DNA from: Chara braunii
Taxonomy: Eukaryota > Plantae > Charophyceae
Direction: 5' to 3'
DNA: 63,926 nucleotides
Assembly (NCBI GenBank): GCA_003427395.1
Contig: BFEA01000041.1
Span: 4,615,320 to 4,679,245, forward strand
Below are positions 1 to 13,103 of this stretch, piece after piece. Positions within the stretch are counted from its first letter, which is position 1. Each line of letters begins with the position of its first letter. The notes below the pieces were generated by a model, which was given only the letters and a program-made list of their open reading frames with translations, made no database searches and was not told the DNA's origin. The position numbers and the translations under genes were made by a program.

Positions 1-861
1 CCCCCCTCTTGAAAGAGAAAACAAGGATCACATAAGCCAGCAGTCGTCAATGTCATCAGCATCAATAATTGATGCTGATTTATTTTACTCGTTCATTTAT
101 GTGCGTTAATATATATTTATTTATATAGCCATTTATCTCATCATTACTATCACCGCACCATTAATATCACCACCCGCATCAACACCAACACCTATTTATT
201 TTACTCCTTCATTTATGTGCGTTAATATATTTATTTATAGTCATCTAATCATTACTTCGTTTACCGTCATTCTTATATTATAATTATAATAATATATACT
301 GGCATAATTTGATTCTAAGGTCCTTTTTTTTTTTTTTTCAACAATAGTAAGGTGGTAATAACAATCTATGCCGAACCTGAAGGGTCCACTTACATACCTT
401 CGTTTTTTCATTTTTCTTCTTTTTTTTTCTTTTTTTTTTTTTTTTGTTTTTTTTTTTTTTTTTTTTTTTTTTCCGGTTCGGGAGGGTAGAATAAGGAGTG
501 TGGATATTGCTGCAGTGTTTTCGTTTTTTTCCCCTGTATTGTTTTGGTTAACTTGCTGACTCTGCGGATAATGTTTGAAAAATGTGCTTACCACGGAAGA
601 ACTAGGAATGGATAGAACTAGGAATGGATAGGGAGAAAAACGAGAGATGAATGGGTGCTCTGGTAGTAGCCTAAGTGAAATACCCTTTCATCTGCTAGAA
701 TGATCAGTAGAGGTGTGACCTTGGGAGGGAGGGGGTTTAAGGTGGGGGAATGCCGATATTACTGTAGCGCAGAGGGCCATCTGCTGCTCGAGTAAAAAAA
801 ATCTGCGACTTGAAAAATACGAGTACCATACTAGAATGATGAATGCGTTATGGGGGGTAGA

Positions 862-1271
862 TCTCCACTCAGACTATACTGAGAAATTAGAAGCGTGTAT
901 TCTCTCCACTCAGACTATACTGAGAAATTAGAAGCGTGTGTTCTCTCCACTCAGACTATACTGAGAAATTAGAAGCGTGTGTTCTAAAATTAGAAAAAAT
1001 AACCTCGCAAGGGGGATATGGTAAAAATGATGGCCCCTTTGGGAAGAAAAAAAAACAAGGTTCTAAAATTAGAAAAAATAACCTCGCAAGGGGGATATAG
1101 TAAAAAATGATGGCCCCTTTGGAAAAAAAAAAACAAGGCTCTAAAATTAGAAAAAATAACCTCGCAAGGGGGATAGGGTAAAAAATGATGGCCCCTTTGG
1201 GAAAAAAAAAGGTTCTAAAATTAGAAAAAATAACCTCGCAACGGGGATATGGTAAAAAATGATGGCCCCTT
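862..1271. repeat. Tandem repeats: 41-bp unit x3, then 74-79-bp unit x4 running into the gap
   Basis: Units start at 862/903/944 and at about 981/1060/1138/1212. Confidence 0.9.
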
Positions 1272-2422
1272 NNNNNNNNNNNNNNNNNNNNNNNNNNNNN
1301 NNNNNNNNNNNNNNNNNNNNNNNNNNNNNNNNNNNNNNNNNNNNNNNNNNNNNNNNNNNNNNNNNNNNNNNNNNNNNNNNNNNNNNNNNNNNNNNNNNNN
1401 NNNNNNNNNNNNNNNNNNNNNNNNNNNNNNNNNNNNNNNNNNNNNNNNNNNNNNNNNNNNNNNNNNNNNNNNNNNNNNNNNNNNNNNNNNNNNNNNNNNN
1501 NNNNNNNNNNNNNNNNNNNNNNNNNNNNNNNNNNNNNNNNNNNNNNNNNNNNNNNNNNNNNNNNNNNNNNNNNNNNNNNNNNNNNNNNNNNNNNNNNNNN
1601 NNNNNNNNNNNNNNNNNNNNNNNNNNNNNNNNNNNNNNNNNNNNNNNNNNNNNNNNNNNNNNNNNNNNNNNNNNNNNNNNNNNNNNNNNNNNNNNNNNNN
1701 NNNNNNNNNNNNNNNNNNNNNNNNNNNNNNNNNNNNNNNNNNNNNNNNNNNNNNNNNNNNNNNNNNNNNNNNNNNNNNNNNNNNNNNNNNNNNNNNNNNN
1801 NNNNNNNNNNNNNNNNNNNNNNNNNNNNNNNNNNNNNNNNNNNNNNNNNNNNNNNNNNNNNNNNNNNNNNNNNNNNNNNNNNNNNNNNNNNNNNNNNNNN
1901 NNNNNNNNNNNNNNNNNNNNNNNNNNNNNNNNNNNNNNNNNNNNNNNNNNNNNNNNNNNNNNNNNNNNNNNNNNNNNNNNNNNNNNNNNNNNNNNNNNNN
2001 NNNNNNNNNNNNNNNNNNNNNNNNNNNNNNNNNNNNNNNNNNNNNNNNNNNNNNNNNNNNNNNNNNNNNNNNNNNNNNNNNNNNNNNNNNNNNNNNNNNN
2101 NNNNNNNNNNNNNNNNNNNNNNNNNNNNNNNNNNNNNNNNNNNNNNNNNNNNNNNNNNNNNNNNNNNNNNNNNNNNNNNNNNNNNNNTCAGGTAATTGAG
2201 AGTTATTTTATTCGTCTGATTGAATCAGGATTCCATTTCAGGTCTGTTTATCAACAGTTTATACGCGTACCTGTCGGCTGTTAGGAGCACGTCAACGTCT
2301 TAGAACGTTTATCCTCTCAGCAACCTGTGTTTTCTACTCCCTTGCCCTTTCCGTTTTCGGTTCCTCTTGTGCAATTTGCGGTCGAGGACTTACGTACTTT
2401 TTGAAGCAATTCTCGTCTTCTC

Positions 2423-3031
2423 TTTTGCTGATATGTGGCCGATAGCGTTCGGTCGAAGTACGTCTTTTACTCGGCCGCTTAAGTGTTTTTTTTTTTTTTT
2501 TATGGACTCGGCACTACGTTTCAGGTGCAGCGCCATGTACTGACGTGCCAAGAACGTCTTTTACTCGGCCGCTTAAGTGTTTTTTTTTTTGAAGGACTCG
2601 GCATTACGTTCAGGTGCAGCGCCATGTACTGACGTGCCAAATTGGCTAATACTGGCTGTCTGCTTAGGGTAAGGGGAATGCGAGCTGCATGTCCTGTACC
2701 TGACCGTCTGTTCTGGGTAAGGACGTTCAGGTGCATCGCCATGTACGCACGTACGAAATTGGCTAGTACTGGCTGTCTGCTTAGGCTAAGTAGTGCCGAG
2801 TCCATAAAAAATAAAACACTTAGCGGCCGAGTAGAAGACGTACTTCGACTGAACGCCATCGGCCACATGTCAGCAAATTTCGTACGTGCGTACATGGCGA
2901 TGCACCTGAACGTGCTTACCAACAACAGACGGTCAGGTACAGGACAAGCAGCTGGCATTCCCCTTAGCGTAAGCAGACAGCCAGTATTAGCCAGTTTGGT
3001 ACGTCAGTACATGGCGCTGCACCTGAACGTA
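2423..3031. repeat. Interleaved inverted repeats (foldback-like)
   Basis: 2423-2516 is the reverse complement of about 2790-2877, and 2606-2760 is the reverse complement of about 2876-3031. Confidence 0.85.
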
Positions 3032-3202
3032 CAGCTCGTTCTATGTTATTTTGCACTATGCTCTACTGAAAGGGGAAATATGAAGATAAGACAGAAAAGC
3101 GGAGGGCGAGAGCAGTACCGGAAACGGGTGATGGATAGACTATGACGGACACATTTTGCAGAACCTTCCACAAGGGGAATGCCAGGTGCATGTCCTGTAC
3201 AT

Positions 3203-3263
<61 letters not shown>

Positions 3264-3398
3264 CTTTTACAGCGGTTTAAGAGCTGTGATGGATGTGATT
3301 ACGTTTGGGTCGACCTCCCACACCCACTTCTCTCAAGAGTCCGCCTGCCATGGGCCTCTCGACGGTCGTCGTGGCATTGCAGGATGAACTGCCACGTC

Positions 3399-3429
<31 letters not shown>

Positions 3430-4147
3430 AAACCTCGTTCGCGAGTGGCCACCTGGGCCGCCGCGCACCCCCCACCGCACCCGCCCCTCCCCTACGACGA
3501 CCGCCGCCGCTCATGCCCCCCTCAACAGACTCTTCGCTGCCGAATACCTTCCCCACTGCCCACCTCTCTGCTGCCTAACAAACTCCTTTTCTACCGTCCA
3601 TTGAAGAAAACGTAAAATGGAGAGAGAGAGACGTGGCATTGCAGCACGAACTACCATGTCGATCGTTCTGTTTCCATGCATCGGTTGGACTTCACAGTGA
3701 AAGCCCACGGCAGGTGCGCAGACATAACGGGAGAATAGATTCGGTCGAGGTAGGTGACATAAGGCAAGTAGGCGAAGACAGGAGGGAGCATGATCTTCGT
3801 TTGTTTTGCCGGCGATGAGAATGGCGAAGGGGAGGAAAATGGAAGTTGTGATGGGGAAAAAAAAATGATGGCAGACACGATTTCATGCTTTCTTTCTTTT
3901 TCATTTCTTCGCCATTTCTTCTCCATTTCTGTATATAGTAAAGTGATTTCTGATTTCTTAGCTATCTCTGTGCATGGTGAAGTGAGAGCGTCAGGCTAGT
4001 CAAGAGGGGGGGGGTAGCTGCTCTCCTGATCTCCCCCAACATCGCCCACTTCCGTTACCATCTTCCTGTTCCCCCTATGTGTGCCAAACACACACATACA
4101 CACCACACACACATACACACACACACACACACACAGACACACACACA

Positions 4148-4214
<67 letters not shown>

Positions 4215-5203
4215 AGAGAGAGTTCAGGAGGCAAGTACACGGTGTGCATACAGCATCGGCTGATTACTTTTATAGAAACACGGTTAGCAGACTCGGAATT
4301 TCACGCGTCATACATACAATATCGGCTGATCACAGACAGAGAAAAGACAGTTAGCAGACTCAGAATCTGAATTTTCAGCAATCAGATCAGGACAGGATCT
4401 TCTCAGACGAGGGCAGAGCTCTGAGATTGCAATAGTGCGGCTCGTTGCCGAGCCCAAAAAATCCATATGCTACAGTCTGTTGTCACTGTTTGTTCATTAC
4501 TTATCGACTCCTCGAACCGTGCGATTGCCTGTTTTCGAGCAAGCGAAATTGCAACATCTACTTTACTAGACTGAACGCTGCTCCAAATTTGACTATAATG
4601 ACCGTGCGTTCGATTCGGAGGATCAGTGAAGTTAGTTGGTGATTAGCTCTCTGCAAAATTTCTTAGTGCACAAATGAATACAGAACAAAACTGTGTTTCG
4701 CTGTTTCTTGGGTTTGCTGATATTCTGAGTTAAAAAGAAAAATAAAAACAATACAGCACAAAACCGAAGCTGCAAATTGCTGCGAACCCGTTTAACTCTT
4801 CTTTCTTCTGTGTCGTCTCTGATGGGTGGTCGTTCAACAGCATGCGGAACCCTCTTTCCAATTCCCATTCCCCTCTTCCCATCTCTCCCCCCCCCCCTCC
4901 TCTCTCTTGACCTGGTAGTACGTGGTGGAATGCCACGTCGATCAATCGAGGGGCCCCTGGTGGGCGAAGTGGCGGGTGGAAGGCAGTCGCTGTCGAGGTC
5001 TCTTTCCCTTTCTCTCTCGCGCTCTCCCTCTCTATTTGTCTCTTTCTCTCTTTCTCTCTCTAGGGGCGCGTGCTCCAGGCGGAGGATAGCAGTAGCGTCG
5101 ATGGCCAGGGGGTTAGGGGAGGTATGCGGTCGCGGGGAGTTAGTTGGCACAGCAGGTGAATTAGTCGCGCGCGCTGTGTATACAACATATATATATGTAT
5201 ATG

Positions 5204-5492
5204 TGATGAGTCGGTGAAACTCCGACGAAACAGTTTGTACATATATCGTCAAACAGAGCTGCCTGGTAAACCGTAGGCTGAGAGGGAGAAGAGGTGTCGT
5301 CTCTATGTGTGTGTATGCAGTATATATATGTATATATGATGAGTCGGTGAAACTCCGACGAAACAGTTTGTACATATATCGTTAAACAGAGCTGCCTGGT
5401 GAACCGTAGGCTGAGAGGGAGAAGAGGACAAGAAACGAGGGGCTGTGACAAACTGTTTCGTCGGAGTTTCACCGACTCATCAGCAGGCTGAA
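5204..5492. mobile_element. Hammerhead-element cluster with inverted and tandem partial copies
   Basis: + strand cores at 5204-5238 and 5337-5371 are joined to - strand element bodies at about 5241-5294 and 5374-5492, within (TA)n tracts. Confidence 0.85.
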
Positions 5493-6480
5493 TATATGTA
5501 TTTTGTCAGTAAATTTCTCTGTCCGGGTTGAATTGTGGGGATACCCGGCCCCGAATTGATTCAAGTAATGAAAGGAGACTGGTATCTTTAAAAATATATA
5601 TGGGTCGATATGACACACGGGGGTGGGGGCAGCCGCCGCTCAACCTACATCCACGTGGGCGGCCTTGTACGCAAGAGGTTCTGAACAGGGGCTCTGATAC
5701 TCGTGACAATATATATGTATTTTATCTTTGTCGCCCATGTGGGGGAATGGGGAGAAGCTAGGGGGAAGTGGGAGATGGGGAGAAGCTAGGGGAAAGTGGG
5801 AGATGGGGCGGGAGGTTGAGGGAGATCAGGGGAGCAACCATCCCCCGCCCCTCCGGGTATAGGCACGCACTCTCTCTCTCTCTTTCTCCACCGACAGATC
5901 AGTCGGACGTGCTTACTTAGCATAACTGGTCTTCGGCTATCGACGACGGAGTAATTGACCGTCAAATACGTTAGTGGCAGTTTGACGGCCATATTTCTCG
6001 CTTCGATGGGAAAGAAGATGATATCAACCAATCTCGCTCTCTCGTCCTCTAGGCCATCAAGCCCCCTCTCTTGCCCCGGCTCTCTCGCTGTCGCACTCTT
6101 CTTGGGGCTCTCAATCTCTCAAGTAGTCGCCTCCTGATCTCCACCTCTTGGCGCTCTCTCCCTAGACACTGCTGTTACTCGATGGGCGTTGTGAGAAGTA
6201 GATGGGAGGTGCAGCTACTGACAAAATGGTCAGTTTTTGTGTCAGGCCCCCTCCTCCCCCGCCCTCCCCTTTGGGGAGCCGCACCCGATGCCCTGACCAC
6301 TGCCAGTTAGGGTGTGGGGCAACATGCATTCCCTTGATTGTGATAGGTAGCTATGCTTGCAGGGGTCCCCTGTCCAGGAGTACCCTTGATTGTGATAGGT
6401 AGCTATGCTTGCAGGGGTCCCCTGTCCAGGAGTAGTAGGAGTAGGTCCAGGAGTAGTAGGAGTAGGTAGGTAGTGAAAGG

Positions 6481-6594
6481 TTTTTATTTTTATTTTTAAT
6501 TTGGACCATTTCTTGATTTATGCGTGTCATCCTTGCACAGGGGCCATGCTAATCTTCTCTGTATCGTTCCAACTTTAACGATGTCCCTAAGGAT
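6481..6594 (-). pseudogene. U6: U6 snRNA retrocopy, near full length, with A-rich tail
   Basis: The reverse complement reads ...ggaacgatacagagaagattagcatggcccctgtgcaaggatgacacgcataaatcaagaaatggtccaaatt followed by aaaaataaaaataaaaa. Confidence 0.9.
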
Positions 6595-7144
6595 AGATTT
6601 AGTTTAGTTTTTAGAAAGAGGGAAAATAAAAAAACGAGGGAAAGAAAAAAGAAAGTAAAATTCATGCTGTGTGCACCCGTTTGACGACTATGGGCCGCAG
6701 CGATCTGGGCTGGTTGTGGTCCGATATGAAGTGTGGGTGATCGGACCTCTACACGGGCCGTCCATTTGCACGATTGGCCTGCGATCTGGGCCATTCCTTA
6801 TGATGAGTTGCAGTTTTTATAGTATTGTACGTACAGCGACAGTGACCTGTGTTGGGAAGGCTGTAGCACGTGAGAAGTGGCGCTCTCTCATGAGCAATGG
6901 GCCAATCGCTTGCCTTCGGGTTATGGTATTCAGCAGCATCTGCACAATCCGCACAATAGATTGTCACTGGCATATCCGTCCATTGGCACAACCGACCTGC
7001 AACCGTTCCTTATGATGAGTTGCGGTTTCTGCAGATACAGCGACGATGACGGTGTGTGAAAGACTGTAGGAGGTGGGAAGAGGCTCTCTCTCATGAGCAA
7101 TGGCTGGTCTTCGGGTTATGGCATTCAGCAGGATCTACACGGTA

Positions 7145-8177
7145 TTTTTTTTTTTTGTGTTTTTTTTTAATATAATGGGCCCAGTCCCCAAGGCTTAAGA
7201 TTACAAAATTTGTTGCCAGAGGCCGGGGTCCTCACAGTCTACCCGGAAAACTCAATTGTCTGGGAGCCTTACCCAGCTTCGTTTTTTATGAGACCCAAAG
7301 GGACCCGAGTCAGATATCACATTTAAAGACTTCTATCCTAGAAAACCTCTAATAATGAAAAACCTATATTTCTCCTATCTTCTACCCACCTTTCAGCTCA
7401 AACACATTCCTATTCTATTATACGTTCAAAGTCCCAACGACCTAAGATGAACCTAACACGGTTCTAATCCTGTTCTACTCTTCTTTGTAACAGCCAAGGA
7501 GTGAGTGTAAGTTTGCCTTCTGCTGAGATTGACGCTATTCTACCATCTCTAGCCCATGTACTGTAGAACCATGCCAGTCTGCATAAATAGTACACCGTAG
7601 GAGTGTGAGGAACCTATTCGTCTGCTCAGAGAAGGACTGAGACTCTTTTCTGAAAAGCAGATTATTTCTAGAGTTCCAGATAACTTTCATGGCCACCCCT
7701 CTACAGGCCAAGGCTACTTACCCCCAGCCTTTCAGTAGGTCCTGATCCTCGGAGCAGAAACCATGGAGAGTCCATTTGTGTGTCCACCAGAAATAATCCC
7801 CTGAGATTTCCTTCCAGTGATTCTTCCACCAGTCCCATAGTTGAGTAGACAGAGGACAGTAGAGCCAAAGATTTTTGTTTGTTTCCCAGTCCCAGTTACA
7901 TCTGACACATCTTTCATCAATCTCCATTCCTCTGGATACCAGCCATCTTTGGCTCTACGACTGGGTCCACATGATGCTTGCTTATTTCTGGGAGGGGATC
8001 TTTTTCAAGGCCCTTCAGAGTTTCGGCAGGTTTATATTTCCCGGCTCCTTCTGTAGTCTTTCGCTTGCTACTGTGATCGCTTGGACTTTCCTGGATGCTT
8101 GTAGAACCTTGACCCCCTATTTTGGTTTTGTAAAATAGTGCAGGGGAAAAGGACCCCAGAGCCTCTACATCCTTCCA
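7145..8177 (-). mobile_element. 5'-truncated L1-type LINE remnant (zf-RVT region, 3' UTR, poly(A))
   Basis: - strand ORF CVRCNWDWETNKNLWLYCPLSTQLWDWW matches the C..C....E...HL...CP...LW zf-RVT pattern; the T-run at 7145-7168 is the poly(A) tail. Confidence 0.8.
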
Positions 8178-8569
8178 CCCGTGCAACACGCTACATTGTC
8201 ACAGTGGCATACGGAAGTGATTTCGTAGATATTATGTCGCAGCAATCCACAGCAGCTGAGTTTTTTTGTTCATTTTTTCTCCCCTGTAAGTTGACTGAGA
8301 AGCAGAGGACTTCCAGTGAATTTCACCGATGGATTGCCCCGCTAGGGGTCTGGAGGTGGTTGCTCTCTCACTGACGGTGGCTGGTCTTCAGGCTTATGTT
8401 ATAAGGCAGCACGTGCACAATACAGCGTAGCTTTGACATGGCGTCAGGAGATCATCAGCCAAACAAGATAGAAAACAGGAACAAAAAAGAAGAATTAGTG
8501 GCGGTTGAGATTGTGCCCTTGGCTGCAGTGATGGTGCTTTACAAATGTGATCGTGACTAAGGGCATAAT

Positions 8570-10330
8570 CACACTACCCTAGGGACTTTTTCGACTCAGC
8601 TCTGGACGTGTATAAAGTAAGATGCAACTGTGTCTGGCTGTCATAATGGTCAGATACGTTAATTCAAGTGCTAGTGTGAGTATGCCTGAAATCCGTTGTC
8701 TTCTTGGGAAGAATACGGTTCGGAGTTGTCAAAGTGGACAGTTATTTTTTTAAGAGCTAAGTATGTTCATGTCACTTTTGAGTACTGAATAAGCAAAAAA
8801 CGAAACCAGGTGCCGAGTTTGAAAAAGCAATGAAAGTACCAACGGCTGTGGCGTGGTGTCAGATGGGGAAAGAAAGAAAGAAAAAATTGAATGGGTACTA
8901 TTTGAGAATTTTTTACCCAAATTGCTGTTTCGAAGTCGGCGGCTGTTTTCTTTGCCGGTGCATGTATTTTGTGCCTTTGCGAACTCAAAACCTGCCCGTC
9001 ACCGGTTGTTTCATAATCACACTAGGGACTTTTACGACTCAGCTCTGGACGTGGTTACAGCCTTACTGTGAGTATGCCCTAAATCCGTTGTCTTCCTGGG
9101 CAGAATATGGTTCGGAGTTGTCGAAGTGGACAGTTATTTTTAAAAGAGGTGAAGTACATTCATGTCAGTTTCGAGTATCGAATTTATAAGCAAAAAAAAT
9201 GAAAATCCTTGTGTCACCAGTTGAAATCTGGTTTCTGGCATGAGATCAGACAATAGAAGCAATGACATCACAGCCCGCCGTTTGGTGTCCTCTTCTCCCT
9301 CTCCGCCTACAGTTTACCTGGCAGCTCTGTTTGATGATATATATGTCATCAAGTCTTATGAAATGCGAGTATCAAAATTTGGAACTTGTGGACAAATCTT
9401 CAAAAATGTTTGGCAAACAAAAACTTCCTAAGAAACAAAAACAAAAAAAAATTATTTTGAAGGCTCAAAAAAAAAAACCCACAAGGCTGGTGAATGATCT
9501 CATTGAGGCATTTTTTATTGTACCTTTTTTTTTTTTTTGATGATTGCCTGTTTTTTCTTCGACTATGATATTCAAGATTTTTGGATTTATTTTTAAGATT
9601 CAGAACATTCTCAATTGAAGGCAAATAAACGTATTCCTAGACTTAGTGTGCGAAAAGAATACGAAATTAGTTCAAGAAGTACTAAAGGTGCGAGTGGCAA
9701 AGGTACGCGGGATGTCACAAAACTTGAAATGCTTTGTTTTTCTCTCCGATCTAGCGCTAGGACTATTTTTGAGTTAACAAAAATATGAACTTTTGGTGAA
9801 AAACATGTGCCGGCAAAGAAACCAGGCGCCGCGTTTGAAAAAGCAATGGAAGGACCACCGGACGTGGTGTGAGATGCGAAAAAAAGGGGGGGGGAAAACG
9901 CAATGGACTTTTTGCAAGTTTTTGGGCCAAATTGCTGTTTCGAAGTCGGTGCCTGTTTTCTTTGCTGACGCATGTTTTTTGGGCCTTTGCGAACTCGAAA
10001 CCTGCTGCATCCTCGTTGTTTCTTTTGAGGTAAGTATTTATGTCACTTTTGAGTATTGAATAAGCAAAAAAAACAGTCGTTGCCAAAGAAACCAGGTGCG
10101 GAGTTTGAAAAAGCAACGAAAGTACCAATGGCTGTGGTGTCCGGTCGGGTGTCAGATTTACAGGGGTCGGTGGTGGGGTCAGATGCGGAGAGAAAAAAGA
10201 AATAAGACGCCCAATGGATACTTTTTTTACCCAAATTGCCATTTTGAAGTCGGCACCTGTGTTCTTTGCTGGCATGTGTTTTTTTGTTTTCCCTTTGCGG
10301 ACTTGAAACCTGCCGAGTCCACTGTTTTTT
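8570..10330. repeat. Diverged direct-repeat block (probable DNA-element remnants)
   Basis: Recurrent gtcacttttgagta.tgaataagcaaaaaa, aaaccaggtgc..gtttgaaaaagcaa and cccaaattgc...tcgaagtcgg motifs; 8574-8800 resembles 9011-9200. Confidence 0.65.
9268..9344 (+). mobile_element. Hammerhead-element 3' fragment
   Basis: tcacagccc...tgtcctcttctccctctc...ggcagctctgtttgatgatatatat matches the family body. Confidence 0.75.
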
Positions 10331-12859
10331 CTTTTGTTTGTTTTGTTTTTTATCTGGAGGGGCTCATGTTTGGCCACCCCTACCATCTCACACCTGGCAG
10401 CAAATGCCCTCTTTTGCATCGTCGTCCTCTCTTTTTACCCTCATTTTTGTCCTGGTCTTTCCTCCTCTCTTCCCCCTCACCGTCTTTTCTCCTCTCTTCC
10501 CCCTCACCTTTCCTCCATCTGATGCATCAGTGCGTTTTAAGTCATGCCAAGGCATGACTTTCCTCCATCTGTTGCATTCGTGCGTTTTTTTCCCCTCACC
10601 GTAAAAGGTACTGATTCTTTTTACCCTCATTTTTGTCCTGGTCTTTCCTCCTCTCTTCCCCCTCACCGTCTTTCCTCCTCCCTTCCCCCTCACCTTGAGG
10701 TACGATTATGTCAGAAAAGAGTTTCAAGTGGGCAAAAAAAGCAGACATGGCAAAGAAAACAGCCGCCGATTTGGAAGAGGCAATGAAAGTACCATGGCTG
10801 TGCTAGAGATACAGGTGTCGTATCTGCAGGGGCGGCCCATGGTGTCAGACGGGAAAGGGGAAAAAAATAAAAGGGCCAATGGAGCTATTTCGCAGTGCAT
10901 GCCCATTTGAGTTCGGTGGCTGTTTGTTTCTCCAGCGCGTGTTCTTTTGCCCATTCGAGTTTGAAACCTGCCGCGTCCCCACTTGTTTCTGTTCTGAAAC
11001 AAGCAGCAAATGTAACCAATGACAAGTTCACATCTCAAGCCTTTCGTACTCAGAATGTATGAGTGAAGATGAAAAAGGGGAAAAGGATACTCAGCAGGTG
11101 CGGTATGAACCTCTCCAATACAAGACAAGCCTGCATCTCTCGAATACAGGACAAGTCTGCATTGCCCCTCAGTATCCTCCGCTGGATAGAGCTTTCATCC
11201 TTTTTTCCCTCCCCTTCGCCACCACCCCTTTCAACTTTAAAGCACACTTTGCCTTCAACAAGTAGGTCATGACAATGTAACATGTAAAATCTTTTGTAAA
11301 ATGTAAGCTTCGGTTTTTCAACTTTTTCTCTATTGTAATGTTCTCATGCAAGAAGACCAACAACAAAAGTGGGATTATGAGGCACCCGCCTCTGACCGCG
11401 CCATGACTGTGTTAGCAGGCTGCTGATACGCTTGGAGCGAAGAAAGTGGTTGAAGGTTATGGATGCCGTGGATCGCGCCATTTCACATCCTCCTTCGTTG
11501 AAGGAGACTTGGGAAAGGGCCTGTGGACTTCACTTGGATAGAACGGTCAGTTTTTATGGCTGTATTTAGAGTGAAATTTGCCCGAAATACAGCTGGGCGA
11601 TCAATCTGGATGAAGACGGTAGTGTGAATCGGCACCGGGGTGCAAAATTGTCGAGCTGGGACAATGGTCTGGGGTCCGTTCCCCCTTCCCAATTAGTGCT
11701 GGAGACCCAAAAAACTGTTCAGGTGTTGATTTGTTAGACCCGGAATCTCCTTTGTGAATACTCTTATTCTACTTTTGTCCATGCTGTACTAGCTGGTTCC
11801 CAGGCAGGGAGTGCTCTCCGCTGAAAGGTGGGAGCCAATGTGCTCGACACCGGAGTTAGGGGGTTCACCCTTATGTTGTCCAAGAGGACTTCCGATTATA
11901 GGGGCCAGCAGGCACACCTGATGCAAAGAGCATGTGAGGTGGAATTCATCCGACAGTTGGCCATTAACGATGACAGAACATGTTGCCCTCGAGTACATAC
12001 CTTTCGCCCATTGAAAACCCCCTGGTCCAAAGTCCGTTCTTCTGAGAGTTGTTTCGACGAAGGCTCAGAAGAAAATGGCTGGGACCATTACCTGGAAGAA
12101 AATTGGTGGGACTGTTACACCCAGCCAAAAGTTGGCCATAGTGATCCGGGGGCCAAAAACGTCCTTTAAGGCATGTCGGCCACTATTCAGGGTGTGGATG
12201 TGTTAGATCCTTGGGGAATTTCCCTTGGGGAATCTCCTTTCTGATTGCTCTTATTCTACTTTTGAATGCTCCTCGTTCTGTGTTTCAAGATGGGCAGGAA
12301 TTTCACCAGCATTTCGTCTGTGAGCTGCCGTAACTTGGGCTCATCATTGCTATATTAGCTGGTTCAGAACGTCGTCCTTTACGGTGTGTTGGCTTAATGT
12401 CTGTCGGAGAAGAATAATTTAAGAGAACAATCAGTCTTGAATGTCTGGGCCTGATATCCCAGTCCACTGGGACCTGAATGTCCTATATAGCGACCTCACT
12501 GGTAAATTGGTAATAATTTAGTTCAGATGCGACTGTCCCCAGTTGACGAGGGTCCGCGGTCAGCAACTGTCCCTGGATGACGAGGATCCAGGGTCAGCAC
12601 TCAGCATACGTGGACGATGATCAGGGTGGTCAGTGCTTGGTGTGCAAATGTACTGTGCTTGATCAGTGCAAGTGGATGTTGCCTAAGATGTGTGACCACT
12701 GTGAAGCAAAGGTGTACACTCTGCAAATGACTAGGAGCAAAAGAAGATGAGACTTCAGGAAGATTTTATGAGAAATGCAGAATAGAACGGGAAGAGTCTA
12801 TTTGACCTCTGCACGAGTAGGAATGACTGCTGTTCTAGAGGAATCATGTAGGCATCTAG

Positions 12860-13103
12860 GCTACCAGAGTGGCCGGGGTCACTTGCCCGGCCGGGCCAAA
12901 AAATATATTTTCAAAATTTATTTGTTTTTCTAAATTTGGTGAAGAATTTCGATGCGACCCTGAGGCAAAACTTGTTCAGTTTATTTTTCTGAATAACATA
13001 GTTTTTTTTTCGGATTTTTTTTTTGTTTTGTTTTTTGTTTGGACCTTCCCTGGTCCTTGCACGGGCTGGCCGCGTGCGGGACCCGGACGGCCCGGCTGGT
13101 AGC
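12860..13103. mobile_element. MITE family A (TIR gctaccag; CTAG/TA target)
   Basis: ctag|gctaccag...ctggtagc|cttg; homologous to 40131-40356 and 56973-57168. Confidence 0.75.

Noticed and set aside
650-760. Short resemblance to LSU rRNA (gtgaaatacc)
   Set aside because: The match is only about 10 nt with no extended similarity.
862-1271. Regular repeats resembling a CRISPR array
   Set aside because: The units are head-to-tail with no unique spacers, there are no cas genes, and the context is eukaryotic. It is a satellite.
1249-2284. Long ORFs of 316-341 aa (and those at 57309-58437)
   Set aside because: They are translations of N-gaps.
3996-4370. ORFs rich in HT/CV/ER/SL dipeptides, here and at 3142, 51547 and 56021
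   Set aside because: They arise from (CA)n and (GA)n microsatellites.
6498-6594. Functional U6 snRNA gene
   Set aside because: It ends in an A-rich tail instead of a T-run terminator, has substitutions and indels, and no recognisable upstream promoter elements were seen. A retrocopy is more likely.
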